DNA of 60,402 bases from Fidelibacterota bacterium (lineage in GTDB: Bacteria > Fidelibacterota > Marinisomatia > Marinisomatales > JABMOV01), in assembly GCA_013203145.1 (NCBI GenBank), contig JABMOV010000166.1, forward strand, positions 1 to 60,402, read 5' to 3'. Shown here in pieces: positions 9,537 through 17,856 of this stretch. Both the position numbers and the translations under genes were made by a program. The notes beneath the pieces are model-generated. The model saw only the letters and a program-made list of their open reading frames with translations, searched no databases and was not told the DNA's origin. Within the stretch, counting starts at the first letter, position 1. Each line of letters begins with the position of its first letter.

Positions 9537-10349
9537 CTAAAAGTTGGGTCCTTTAAAATCTCTTTTCACAATTTCTGTTGTAATAAAATCGAAAGCGATA
9601 TCTATGGAATCCGTTATTTTGAATAGTTTTAGATCTTCAGCGCTTATAGTTCGCGCTTTGACCAAATAATCCCAGTTTACAACATTGTTCCAAAAATCTT
9701 CGCCAAAGAGAATAATAGGTATTCGTTTTGAAATCTTTTTTGTCTGGATCAGCGTTAATATTTCCATGAGCTCATCTAATGTACCAAATCCACCGGGGAA
9801 TGCCACCAGAGCCTTTGCCAAATACGCCATCCAAAATTTCCGCATAAAAAAGTAATGAAATTGAATATCCAGATCATTTGTTATGTAAGGATTGCTTGAT
9901 GGTTCGAAGGGCAGGGTAATATTCATTCCTATAGATAATCCTTTAGCTTCGCTAGCGCCACGATTTGCAGCCTGCATGATTCCAGGACCACCACCGCTGG
10001 TTATGATATAGCGATGTTCTGAGTTTTTTAATTTTTTACTCCAGCGTGTTAATCGATCTGCTAATTGTCTTGCTGCATCGTAATATCGGCTGTTTTCTAA
10101 ATCTAACTCCAGAGTTTCTTTTTCATCATGTGAAATATCAGCTGGTGCTGAATCAATATTTGCTTGAGATTCCTCTGGCGATAAAATTCGAGCTGAGCCA
10201 AAGAAAACAATTGTATCACTAATTTTATTTTTTGCTAATCGAAGTTTAGGACCCAGATACTCCGATTGAATCCTCAGGGATCTTGCTTCTGTATCAGTAA
10301 GGAAGTCTTCATCCAAAAAAAATTCTTTTGATTTTGCTTTATCACTCAT
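9537..10349 (-). CDS. LOG family nucleotide monophosphate nucleosidase (Rossmann fold)
   Basis: FFGSAR, SGGGPGIM, HYFFMRK, PGGFGTLDE. Confidence 0.9.
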   Translation of the reverse strand: MSDKAKSKEFFLDEDFLTDTEARSLRIQSEYLGPKLRLAKNKISDTIVFFGSARILSPEESQANIDSAPADISHDEKETLELDLENSRYYDAARQLADRLTRWSKKLKNSEHRYIITSGGGPGIMQAANRGASEAKGLSIGMNITLPFEPSSNPYITNDLDIQFHYFFMRKFWMAYLAKALVAFPGGFGTLDELMEILTLIQTKKISKRIPIILFGEDFWNNVVNWDYLVKARTISAEDLKLFKITDSIDIAFDFITTEIVKRDFKGPNF

Positions 10350-10542
10350 TAAACGTTCTCCGCGTAAAAATCCAAGTTACACTTTTTATAGCCGAGAGGA
10401 AATAGAATAAGTAAGTGGATAAGGAGAATATTGGGAGATTGGGGAATTGCTATTCTCTTGAGCTTTTGAGCAGGGGAATGGTGGAGTAGTACGTGATTGA
10501 GTTTCACTAATCGATGGTCAGTTTTCGACATTCATACTTCAA

Positions 10543-13500
10543 TTATCCTTGTTCAACAATTCTAATTTCTTCATCTGTTAAACCATAGAGATCATAAACC
10601 ATTTTGTCTATTTCTTTGTCGGTTTGGTCAATTTGTTTTTTGAGTTCTTGGGCTTTGCCTTTTTGCGCGTTGAAGTATTGCATCCATTCGGATTGTTCTG
10701 CTAAGGGCAAGGGACTGAAGTCCCTTGTTGTGGTTTTTGCTACAATTTTTCTGGCTTTTCCCAGTTCCTTTAAAAATTCACCAAATTCCAATTCATGCCA
10801 GTTTTGGAGCTTTTTGCTGAGTTTCTCTAGGTCGAATTTGGATTGGAGGAGATTTGAAAATTGTGCAACCATTTTTGAATAATTTTCTATGTATAAAGCA
10901 ATATTGAAAGAATATAATCCAATATTTGATTGTACCTTCTTTCTTACCAATGGAATCTTGAGTTGCTTAATATCCGTCAGTAATATCTGAGGAAAAGCTT
11001 GTTCATTTGTAATCATTTTCTGTCTGACAATGTATGTTAGAAATTTTGAGTTTAACAATGCCAATAAATAGTCCAACCTAACTCTATCATCTTTATTAGA
11101 ACATGAGTACAATGTGCTTTTGGTCAGAGCAGGTTTAGGAAGCATTACACAACACAAAAAATCTCCAGTTCTTCGAATTAAAATTCGAGGGGCAATAGAA
11201 TGTTTTTCAATTTTTTTTGTTCCCCCTACAATAGTCAATTCGCTATAGTCACAATAGTATTTATCCTTAATGAAATATTTATCTATGCAATTCCCAAGTA
11301 GGAATATATTTGGATTGTATACTTTCTCTTTCTGAATAAAATTGCTACGATTCTTAACTACCATACCTTTAAATAAATTACATAAATCTGTCAATATTGG
11401 AAAATCTAGTGTCTCATATTTTAAAGTGATAGAATTACTATTGTTTAGCTGTTCTCGGATTACTTTGTTTTTATTCATATATAGCTCTTCAAATTGAATT
11501 GATGAGCATTTATTTTTTATAAATTCAAAAATCATACTTCCAGTTGTAGCATCTTCAAAAACCCATTCTTCAAAATAAAGAGCTTTATTTATTTTACCGT
11601 GTAAAAGCAACTCATCAACACAATCTGAATAACTTCTAGTTTTTAGAAATCCTTCAGGAACAATGAATGATACAATACCGTCTGATTTTATTAAGTTGCA
11701 TGATTTTTCATTAAACAACGTGTATAAATTTTTTGAGTATGCTTTTTTAATACTTTTATATTTATTTATATAGAAATCAAGCCAAATTATGTTAGTATTA
11801 TTTTTGGTCATATTCAAATACGGTGGATTTCCAATCACCACATCAAAACCGCCTTTGTATTCCGAACGGAAAGCATATTCATAATCGCAACACATACCAT
11901 CTATTTCTGCGACAAGGGAGTTAACTCCCTTGTCGTCGATTACGGGCGGCAACTTGTGCTTGTCCCGGTTGGTCTGGATATAGCCTACAGCATTTCTTAA
12001 TTGTTCTTCGCAACCAATCTCTTTGCAACCAAATTTCTGTGTCCATAGGTGAACATTTTTATCTTTTTCTGCTATAAGAGGTGTTTGGGCAAGGGGCTTA
12101 AGCCCCTTGTCGCCGGAAAACTCTTTATCTTGATCTTTGATTTTATGATACGCTCGGGAAGTCTTTCCTTTTATTTTTTGCATTATTTTCGGGACTTCGT
12201 CTATTTCACACACCAGCAGTAGATGTATATGGTCCCCACAAATATTGTACGCTAAAACATTCAACTTGTCTTCTTTGACAATTCCTGAGATAACTTTTGT
12301 TATCAGCAATTCATCTTCTGCATTTAACCAAATAGGTTCGGCATCTGGTCTTAACCCGTCATCACGTTTTTCACGCACTTTATAATCAACCATCCTCTGG
12401 GATGTACGAGAATCATGCGTAGCGGTCGTTACATGAAAAGCCGTTTTGCTTTTTTCAAGGAATATCCCTGGGAACTCTTTTTTCCAGTTAAATGCTTTTT
12501 CTCCCGCAACTTCAGGATCATCTATCAAAGAGTTCCCACATTTGATGTTATTGCTCAAGGATGTAAGTTTTCTGCCACGTTGTGCAGTTCGCAACCAAAG
12601 GGAAAGTTTAGCAATATCTACACTTTCTTCATTTATATCAACACCATAAATGTTTTGTTCAAGGATATGATTACTTACATCCTGGAATACAATACTAATT
12701 CCCAATAGTTGGGCATGGAGTTCATCAATGTAGGAATGTTCCTTGATGAGAAATTCTAAAGCCTGGTTGAGGAAAGCACCGCTACCGCAAGCAGGATCGC
12801 AAATTGTAATATTGAGTAACCACTTTCTATACTCATTTAATGTAGTATCTAATTTTTTAATAGTATTCTTTTTTCGGTTTTTTCTCCCTTTTGTATACTC
12901 TTCATCTATTATTCCGAATTCAGTTTTCTTTTCGTCACAAAGTTTGCCTATTGTATTATCTACAATATATTTAGTGATGTATTTTGGTGTATAAAAAATG
13001 CCGTCTTTTTTACGTTTGGTTTTACTCTTTTCAATCTCCTGACCTTCTAATCGGGCTGTTATATTTTCAATTTCATTTAATGAATTTTCGAAAATGTGCC
13101 CCAGAATGTTAACATCTACTTCGCTTTGAAAATCATAAGAAGTCATTTTTAATACATGTGGTTTTAGTACATTATCATCAACAAGAGTCTTTACAACAAG
13201 GGTTCCCGTTCTAACAAGGGACTTAAGTCCCTTGTTAAGTCCCTCGTTGTGAAAGTCAGCATCCAATACTTCATCCGGAAGAAACAAACCACCATTATAG
13301 GCAAATATATCATCTTGGCGTGTTTTCCCTATTCTTCCAATATTGATATAATCGAAGTACTGTTTAAAAATTTCGTATAAGGGTTTATAGGCATCTTCTT
13401 CTTGCAGTAAATCAAAACGTTTTACCATTCGGCTAATGGAGTTTGGTGGCAATAATCCACTATCCTCTGCAAAGAAGATGAAAAGAAATCTATCGAGCAA

Positions 13501-14190
13501 TTTTTGTGTTTTCTTAAATAATAAAAGTTTATCGTGATCGGGACTATTTTTTACAATGTTTTGCCAAAGTTCTGTTTTAAACGTTGAGTAATCCTTATAA
13601 AGTTGTTTGGTAATATTGTCCTCTACCAGTATACTTTCTTTTTTTACTTTTTGCGGTATCCCTCCAAGTAGATTGTCCACCTGTAAGCATAACCAGAGTA
13701 TTTCAAATTCATCTTTGGTAAGGATAAATAAATTGAATTCGATGTGCTCTACGGCATTATGAATGAAAAAACGAAGTTTTTCAAAATTGGAGGTTATAAC
13801 ATAGGTGCAATCTGTATGATTATTTTTATAATCAAATGCCTGCTTATTGATTTTATCTAAATCTTTGGTATCAGTCCCTTTTAATTCAATGACAGCGAGA
13901 GCTTTATCATTCTGTAAAATTGCGCCATCAGCTTTTTTTGCGCCAGTTTCGTTTGTATATTCTGTTGTCAGATTAAAATTGGGATTTGGATTTAGTGTAT
14001 ATCCCAAAATATTTACAAACAATTCACGTAAAAACCCCTCTTGAAACTGTTCCTCTTTTGCATCCTTGATATTTTGTTGAATTTCAGGATTATGGAAATA
14101 CTGAGTAAACGTATTATAGGCATCTTCTACAACTTTTTTATTCTGATTATTGAGGTATTTATTGAGTACTGATTTTTGAAATAGGGGCAT
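10543..14190 (-). CDS. Type IIG (Eco57I-like) restriction-modification enzyme with an in-frame HUH/Y1 transposase-like domain
   Basis: N-terminal ADG...IELK nuclease motif; GIFYTPKYI, CDPACGSGAF, YGVDIN, GNPPY adenine MTase motifs; C-terminal TRD; inserted domain before GGFDVVIGNPPY. Confidence 0.9.
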   Translation of the reverse strand: MPLFQKSVLNKYLNNQNKKVVEDAYNTFTQYFHNPEIQQNIKDAKEEQFQEGFLRELFVNILGYTLNPNPNFNLTTEYTNETGAKKADGAILQNDKALAVIELKGTDTKDLDKINKQAFDYKNNHTDCTYVITSNFEKLRFFIHNAVEHIEFNLFILTKDEFEILWLCLQVDNLLGGIPQKVKKESILVEDNITKQLYKDYSTFKTELWQNIVKNSPDHDKLLLFKKTQKLLDRFLFIFFAEDSGLLPPNSISRMVKRFDLLQEEDAYKPLYEIFKQYFDYINIGRIGKTRQDDIFAYNGGLFLPDEVLDADFHNEGLNKGLKSLVRTGTLVVKTLVDDNVLKPHVLKMTSYDFQSEVDVNILGHIFENSLNEIENITARLEGQEIEKSKTKRKKDGIFYTPKYITKYIVDNTIGKLCDEKKTEFGIIDEEYTKGRKNRKKNTIKKLDTTLNEYRKWLLNITICDPACGSGAFLNQALEFLIKEHSYIDELHAQLLGISIVFQDVSNHILEQNIYGVDINEESVDIAKLSLWLRTAQRGRKLTSLSNNIKCGNSLIDDPEVAGEKAFNWKKEFPGIFLEKSKTAFHVTTATHDSRTSQRMVDYKVREKRDDGLRPDAEPIWLNAEDELLITKVISGIVKEDKLNVLAYNICGDHIHLLLVCEIDEVPKIMQKIKGKTSRAYHKIKDQDKEFSGDKGLKPLAQTPLIAEKDKNVHLWTQKFGCKEIGCEEQLRNAVGYIQTNRDKHKLPPVIDDKGVNSLVAEIDGMCCDYEYAFRSEYKGGFDVVIGNPPYLNMTKNNTNIIWLDFYINKYKSIKKAYSKNLYTLFNEKSCNLIKSDGIVSFIVPEGFLKTRSYSDCVDELLLHGKINKALYFEEWVFEDATTGSMIFEFIKNKCSSIQFEELYMNKNKVIREQLNNSNSITLKYETLDFPILTDLCNLFKGMVVKNRSNFIQKEKVYNPNIFLLGNCIDKYFIKDKYYCDYSELTIVGGTKKIEKHSIAPRILIRRTGDFLCCVMLPKPALTKSTLYSCSNKDDRVRLDYLLALLNSKFLTYIVRQKMITNEQAFPQILLTDIKQLKIPLVRKKVQSNIGLYSFNIALYIENYSKMVAQFSNLLQSKFDLEKLSKKLQNWHELEFGEFLKELGKARKIVAKTTTRDFSPLPLAEQSEWMQYFNAQKGKAQELKKQIDQTDKEIDKMVYDLYGLTDEEIRIVEQG
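10708..10727. repeat. REP-like palindrome, copy 1
   Basis: CAAGGGACT-GA-AGTCCCTTG, perfect 9-bp arms, inside the RM CDS. Confidence 0.85.
11910..11935. repeat. REP-like palindrome, copy 2
   Basis: CGACAAGGGAGTTAACTCCCTTGTCG, perfect 26-bp palindrome inside the HUH insert. Confidence 0.9.
12090..12109. repeat. REP-like palindrome, copy 3
   Basis: CAAGGGGCTTAAGCCCCTTG, perfect 20-bp palindrome inside the HUH insert. Confidence 0.9.
13212..13249. repeat. REP-like palindrome, copy 4, plus an overlapping half copy
   Basis: TAACAAGGGACTTAAGTCCCTTGTTA (13212-13237), perfect 26 bp, followed by the half-site TTAAGTCCCTCGTTG (13235-13249). Confidence 0.9.
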
Positions 14191-14401
14191 AAGGGATTTT
14201 AATTATTTTCGCTTTTATACATTGACATATAGTGTCTCAATAAACCGAATAATTGGGTTTACCATGGATATTAACCGATATATCACACAATATCCTCATT
14301 ATTAATATTTTAACTAGTCACCTAATCCATCTTATTAAAGACTCTGACAATCTATCTCTAATATTTGTCAATGTTCAATGAAGAAATATTTTACCTACTG
14401 T

Positions 14402-14431
14402 AAACAAAAAACCCCGCCGAAGCGGGGTTTT
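14402..14431 (-). terminator. Rho-independent terminator
   Basis: Minus strand AAAACCCCGC-TTCG-GCGGGGTTTTTTGTTT just after the stop at 14454. Confidence 0.9.
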
Positions 14432-14453
14432 ATAGAAGTCGGGATTACACCAT

Positions 14454-15485
14454 TTATTTAATATATGATAACTTCCCGTTAACGAACTCATTTCCTTGTT
14501 GAATCGTATAGATATAAAGACCGGTACTTACTTTTTGTCCCTGGATATTTGTAGCATCCCATTGCACTTGGTTAGTACCTACACCAACTTTCTTTTTAAC
14601 GAGTTGGTTAACCAATTTTCCATTTAAATCATAAATGGTAACGCTAACTGGTGTCGATTCCATTATTTCGAATGTTATAAGCGTAGTTGGATTAAATGGA
14701 TTGGGAAAACTATGATGTTGAATACGATATTTTTCAGCAAAACCATCCTTAATACCCAAAGCGTCTGAATTTCCAGTATCTTCAAGTAAAGTCAGGGATA
14801 CAACACCAATTCTACTTAATGATAAATCACATTCCATTAGGAAACCTGTGACTTCAACATAGTTACCACTTTCAGGAAGGAATGCTGTAGAATCTTGATG
14901 AATCCAATGCCGTAATTTTAATCCATAGTCAGCTTCACCGTCATTTTCCACATCTAATAAAACCCGAGGATGAGGACGATCAGGGATTTCTTCAAGAATA
15001 ATATATCCTGTGACCGTTGTTTGTTCACCTTCGGGATTTTCACCGTACCCAACGAAATTACCCTCATCATCTAATGGGAGCCATTGCTCACCATTTAATG
15101 TAAATACGACCAGAAATTGTCGATTTGGTGTTTCGACCAATCCACCAACCATATCAATAACATCTCCGGCGGCTGGCCTGGTTGCACCACTTTCAGGTGT
15201 ATACCATTCTGGACCAAAACGTAAATCATAGTCAGATAACCCATCGCTATCACTATCCAGATGATACCGAGTGACAACTGTGCAGTGGGTTGAATCTTCT
15301 GTCAAAATAACTGTTCCAGAGACAGTTAATGTATCGGAAAAGCCGGGAAATTGACCGTGATCTCCGTGATGACCGGAACCTCCATGGTGACCACCGCCTG
15401 GTCCCCCAGGTCCACCAGGGCCTCCTTGTGCAATAATAAATGTTCCGTAGATTAAGGAAATAAATAACAGGGATTTGATTTTCAT
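14454..15485 (-). CDS. Secreted protein: Gly/Pro/His-rich leader, two tandem repeats, FlgD/T9SS-type C-terminal domain
   Basis: GGAGGA RBS before ATG 15485; signal peptide; FPNPFNPTT...IYDLNGKLV...WDA...STGLYIY tag. Confidence 0.8.
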   Translation of the reverse strand: MKIKSLLFISLIYGTFIIAQGGPGGPGGPGGGHHGGSGHHGDHGQFPGFSDTLTVSGTVILTEDSTHCTVVTRYHLDSDSDGLSDYDLRFGPEWYTPESGATRPAAGDVIDMVGGLVETPNRQFLVVFTLNGEQWLPLDDEGNFVGYGENPEGEQTTVTGYIILEEIPDRPHPRVLLDVENDGEADYGLKLRHWIHQDSTAFLPESGNYVEVTGFLMECDLSLSRIGVVSLTLLEDTGNSDALGIKDGFAEKYRIQHHSFPNPFNPTTLITFEIMESTPVSVTIYDLNGKLVNQLVKKKVGVGTNQVQWDATNIQGQKVSTGLYIYTIQQGNEFVNGKLSYIK

Positions 15486-15652
15486 TAGTCCTCCATTGCT
15501 AAAATGTGAATTGTCTTTATCATGTGTATTCTCAATTTGAATTTTTATGTTTCTCCACATTAGACGCATTTCACAGCAAAAAGTTAAATAATAATCAAAA
15601 ATAATATCCTATGTAGTTTTACGTTATTGAAAGGTTTACTATTTTTCACTGT

Positions 15653-15997
15653 ATGAAAAAAATTATAATCTGTGTATTCATCCTGTTTTGGACTTGCGGA
15701 CCCAAACCTGAACCAAAACCTGAAATACAGCCAATTATTCCAAAACTAGAAGAAACTATAGGTGATAATACTGCCTTAACTCAGGGATTAATGACACCGT
15801 ATGATGTGTATCTTTTCCTGAAAGATTCTCCGTCAGAAAAAGAAATTATTTACACCTTTGGATATCCTGATTCAACATGGCTGGATGAAGAGGGTCAAGT
15901 AAAAGTTTGGTATTATTTTCTTGAAGAAGTTCAAGACTATAATTCGATTGAATTAGATCCGGTAACGGGAAAAGTGATAGGATTTGAGTGGGATTAA
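15653..15997 (+). CDS. Hypothetical lipoprotein
   Basis: MKK, hydrophobic stretch, Cys, then PKPEPKPE linker; FGYPD motif resembles the BamE/SmpA fold. Confidence 0.7.
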   Translation: MKKIIICVFILFWTCGPKPEPKPEIQPIIPKLEETIGDNTALTQGLMTPYDVYLFLKDSPSEKEIIYTFGYPDSTWLDEEGQVKVWYYFLEEVQDYNSIELDPVTGKVIGFEWD

Positions 15998-15998
15998 T

Positions 15999-17177
15999 AT
16001 GAAATATTTGAAACTATTAGGAATTGGAATGTCAGCTTTACTCATTGGATGCGGTCCGCAGATACAAAAACTCCACTATGATGCATTTGTTGCTGATTCT
16101 CATTGCGATATTTTGTTGCGAACTATGAATGGAGAAGATGTTTCCAAATTGACTACTTCAGGACATGCAGATATTCCGCGGTTTTATGAAGGCGGAGTGG
16201 ATTTGGAAGTGTTTATTATTTGGGTAGATCCATACCGTTTTGTCCCGGTTGGCGCTTATGATCGGGGGAATGAAATGATTGATTCTCTGGAAGCCCTTGA
16301 AATAAAATCTAAAGACAAATTGAGAATCGTTAGAAATTATTCAGATATAATTCAGAATGAAGAGGACGGCGTATTATCTGCGATGATTGGTTTGGAAGGT
16401 GGTCATCCCATCGAAAATGATTTGAAGAAACTCGAACATTTTTATAAACGCGGTGTACGGTATTTAGGGATTACGTGGAATAATTCTAATGAATGGGCAA
16501 CTTCAGCCAAGGATGAAGTGAATAATGATTCACTTTCATTTAGGGGACTCACAGATTTCGGTAGGGATGTTATTCGAAAATGTGATGAACTGGGAATCAT
16601 GGTTGATGTGTCCCATTCCGGAGAACAAACTTTTTGGGATATTCTTGAAGTAAGTACAAAGCCGATCATCGCATCACATTCCTGTGTTTATAATATGTGC
16701 AATCATTATCGAAATCTCAAGGATGACCAGCTCAAAGCCATTCGTGATAAAAACGGAGTGGCGTTTGTGAATTTCTATCCGGCGTACCTTGATAGTATGT
16801 TTACTGAACGTGAAGCAGAAGTTCAAAAAAAATACAAAACTGAATTGGATCAAATGAAAGACGAATTTGGTGAAGATTCTGATGAATACTGGTACGGCAG
16901 CATGGAACTCATGAAAGTCGATATGCAAGCTATCGCACCAGAAGTGGATTTACTCATTGATCATATAGATTATATTGCCAAGTTAATTGGTGTTGACCAC
17001 GTGGGTATCGGGTCAGATTTTGATGGAGTCGAGGTTTTACCAAAAGGACTGGAAGACGTGACAAAATTGCCCATTATTACACAAAAACTCCTCGAACGAG
17101 GATATTCAGAACTGGATATAAAAAAGATTCTTGGTGAAAATTTTAAACGTGTTTTTCGTGACGTCATTGAAAAGTAA
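15999..17177 (+). CDS. Membrane dipeptidase (peptidase M19), probable lipoprotein
   Basis: DSHCD, GLEGG, MVDVSH, IASHS, GIGSDFDG, LGENF; LIGC lipobox; start set at ATG 15999. Confidence 0.9.
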   Translation: MKYLKLLGIGMSALLIGCGPQIQKLHYDAFVADSHCDILLRTMNGEDVSKLTTSGHADIPRFYEGGVDLEVFIIWVDPYRFVPVGAYDRGNEMIDSLEALEIKSKDKLRIVRNYSDIIQNEEDGVLSAMIGLEGGHPIENDLKKLEHFYKRGVRYLGITWNNSNEWATSAKDEVNNDSLSFRGLTDFGRDVIRKCDELGIMVDVSHSGEQTFWDILEVSTKPIIASHSCVYNMCNHYRNLKDDQLKAIRDKNGVAFVNFYPAYLDSMFTEREAEVQKKYKTELDQMKDEFGEDSDEYWYGSMELMKVDMQAIAPEVDLLIDHIDYIAKLIGVDHVGIGSDFDGVEVLPKGLEDVTKLPIITQKLLERGYSELDIKKILGENFKRVFRDVIEK

Positions 17178-17192
17178 TTTCCAACCCTCCCC

Positions 17193-17855
17193 ATGCGTAA
17201 AACAGTACAAATAGCCCCATCCATTTTATCTGCTGATTTTTCAAATCTTGGACAAGCTATTCAGCATTGTGAACAAGGTCAGGCTGAATACATCCATGTT
17301 GATGTTATGGATGGTCATTTTGTCCCCAATCTAACGATTGGTCCTCCCGTCGTAAAATCATTACGATCCGTGACCGATTTGTTTATTGATGTACATATGA
17401 TGGTTACAAATCCGGAAGATTTGGTGGAGCCCTTTGCAAAAGCTGGAGCAGATGGAATTACTTTTCATATTGAAGCTTCCACCACTCCCATGAAAGTCAT
17501 TGATCTTATTCGTTCCACGGGCAAACAAGTTGGCCTATCAATTAAGCCGAAAACGCCCATTTCCACATTAGAACCATTTATTGGAGATGTTGATCTCATC
17601 CTTGTTATGAGCGTTGAACCTGGTTTCGGTGGGCAGGGATATCTTCCTGGATCGTCTGAACGGATAAAGGCTATTCGACAAATGCTCGTTGAACAATGTC
17701 GTGACGAATCCGTGCTTATTCAGGTTGACGGCGGAGTGAAATTAGATAATGCGCGTGAAGTTTTAGATGCCGGGGCGGATATTCTAGTTGCAGGATCAGC
17801 CATATTTGGGACTCTCGATCCGGTGCAGACTATTAAACAGTTTAAAGCAGTATAA
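17193..17855 (+). CDS. rpe: Ribulose-phosphate 3-epimerase
   Basis: IAPSILSADF, HVDVMDGHFVPN, MSVEPGFGGQ, VDGG. Confidence 0.97.
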   Translation: MRKTVQIAPSILSADFSNLGQAIQHCEQGQAEYIHVDVMDGHFVPNLTIGPPVVKSLRSVTDLFIDVHMMVTNPEDLVEPFAKAGADGITFHIEASTTPMKVIDLIRSTGKQVGLSIKPKTPISTLEPFIGDVDLILVMSVEPGFGGQGYLPGSSERIKAIRQMLVEQCRDESVLIQVDGGVKLDNAREVLDAGADILVAGSAIFGTLDPVQTIKQFKAV

Positions 17856-17856
17856 A

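Larger units (their letters stand above)
11857..12450 (-). mobile_element. RAYT/IS200-like Y1 HUH transposase domain inserted in frame
   Basis: FHVTTATH, LAYNICGDHIHLLL (HUH), IMQKIKGKTS, LWTQKF, AVGYIQTN (candidate catalytic Tyr); boundaries approximate. Confidence 0.8.

Noticed and set aside
10349-10531. 60-aa ORF and purine-rich short repeats (GGAGAATA, GGAGATTG, GGGAATTG) between the RM gene and LOG
   Set aside because: No protein motif, and the repeats are too degenerate to define a unit.
11857-12450. Insert in the methyltransferase as an intein
   Set aside because: No C-terminal His-Asn followed by Cys/Ser/Thr and no LAGLIDADG motifs; it has HUH and Tyr motifs instead.
10708-13249. 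Palindromes as a CRISPR array
   Set aside because: Irregular spacing from about 150 nt to over 1 kb, all inside a CDS, and no cas genes.
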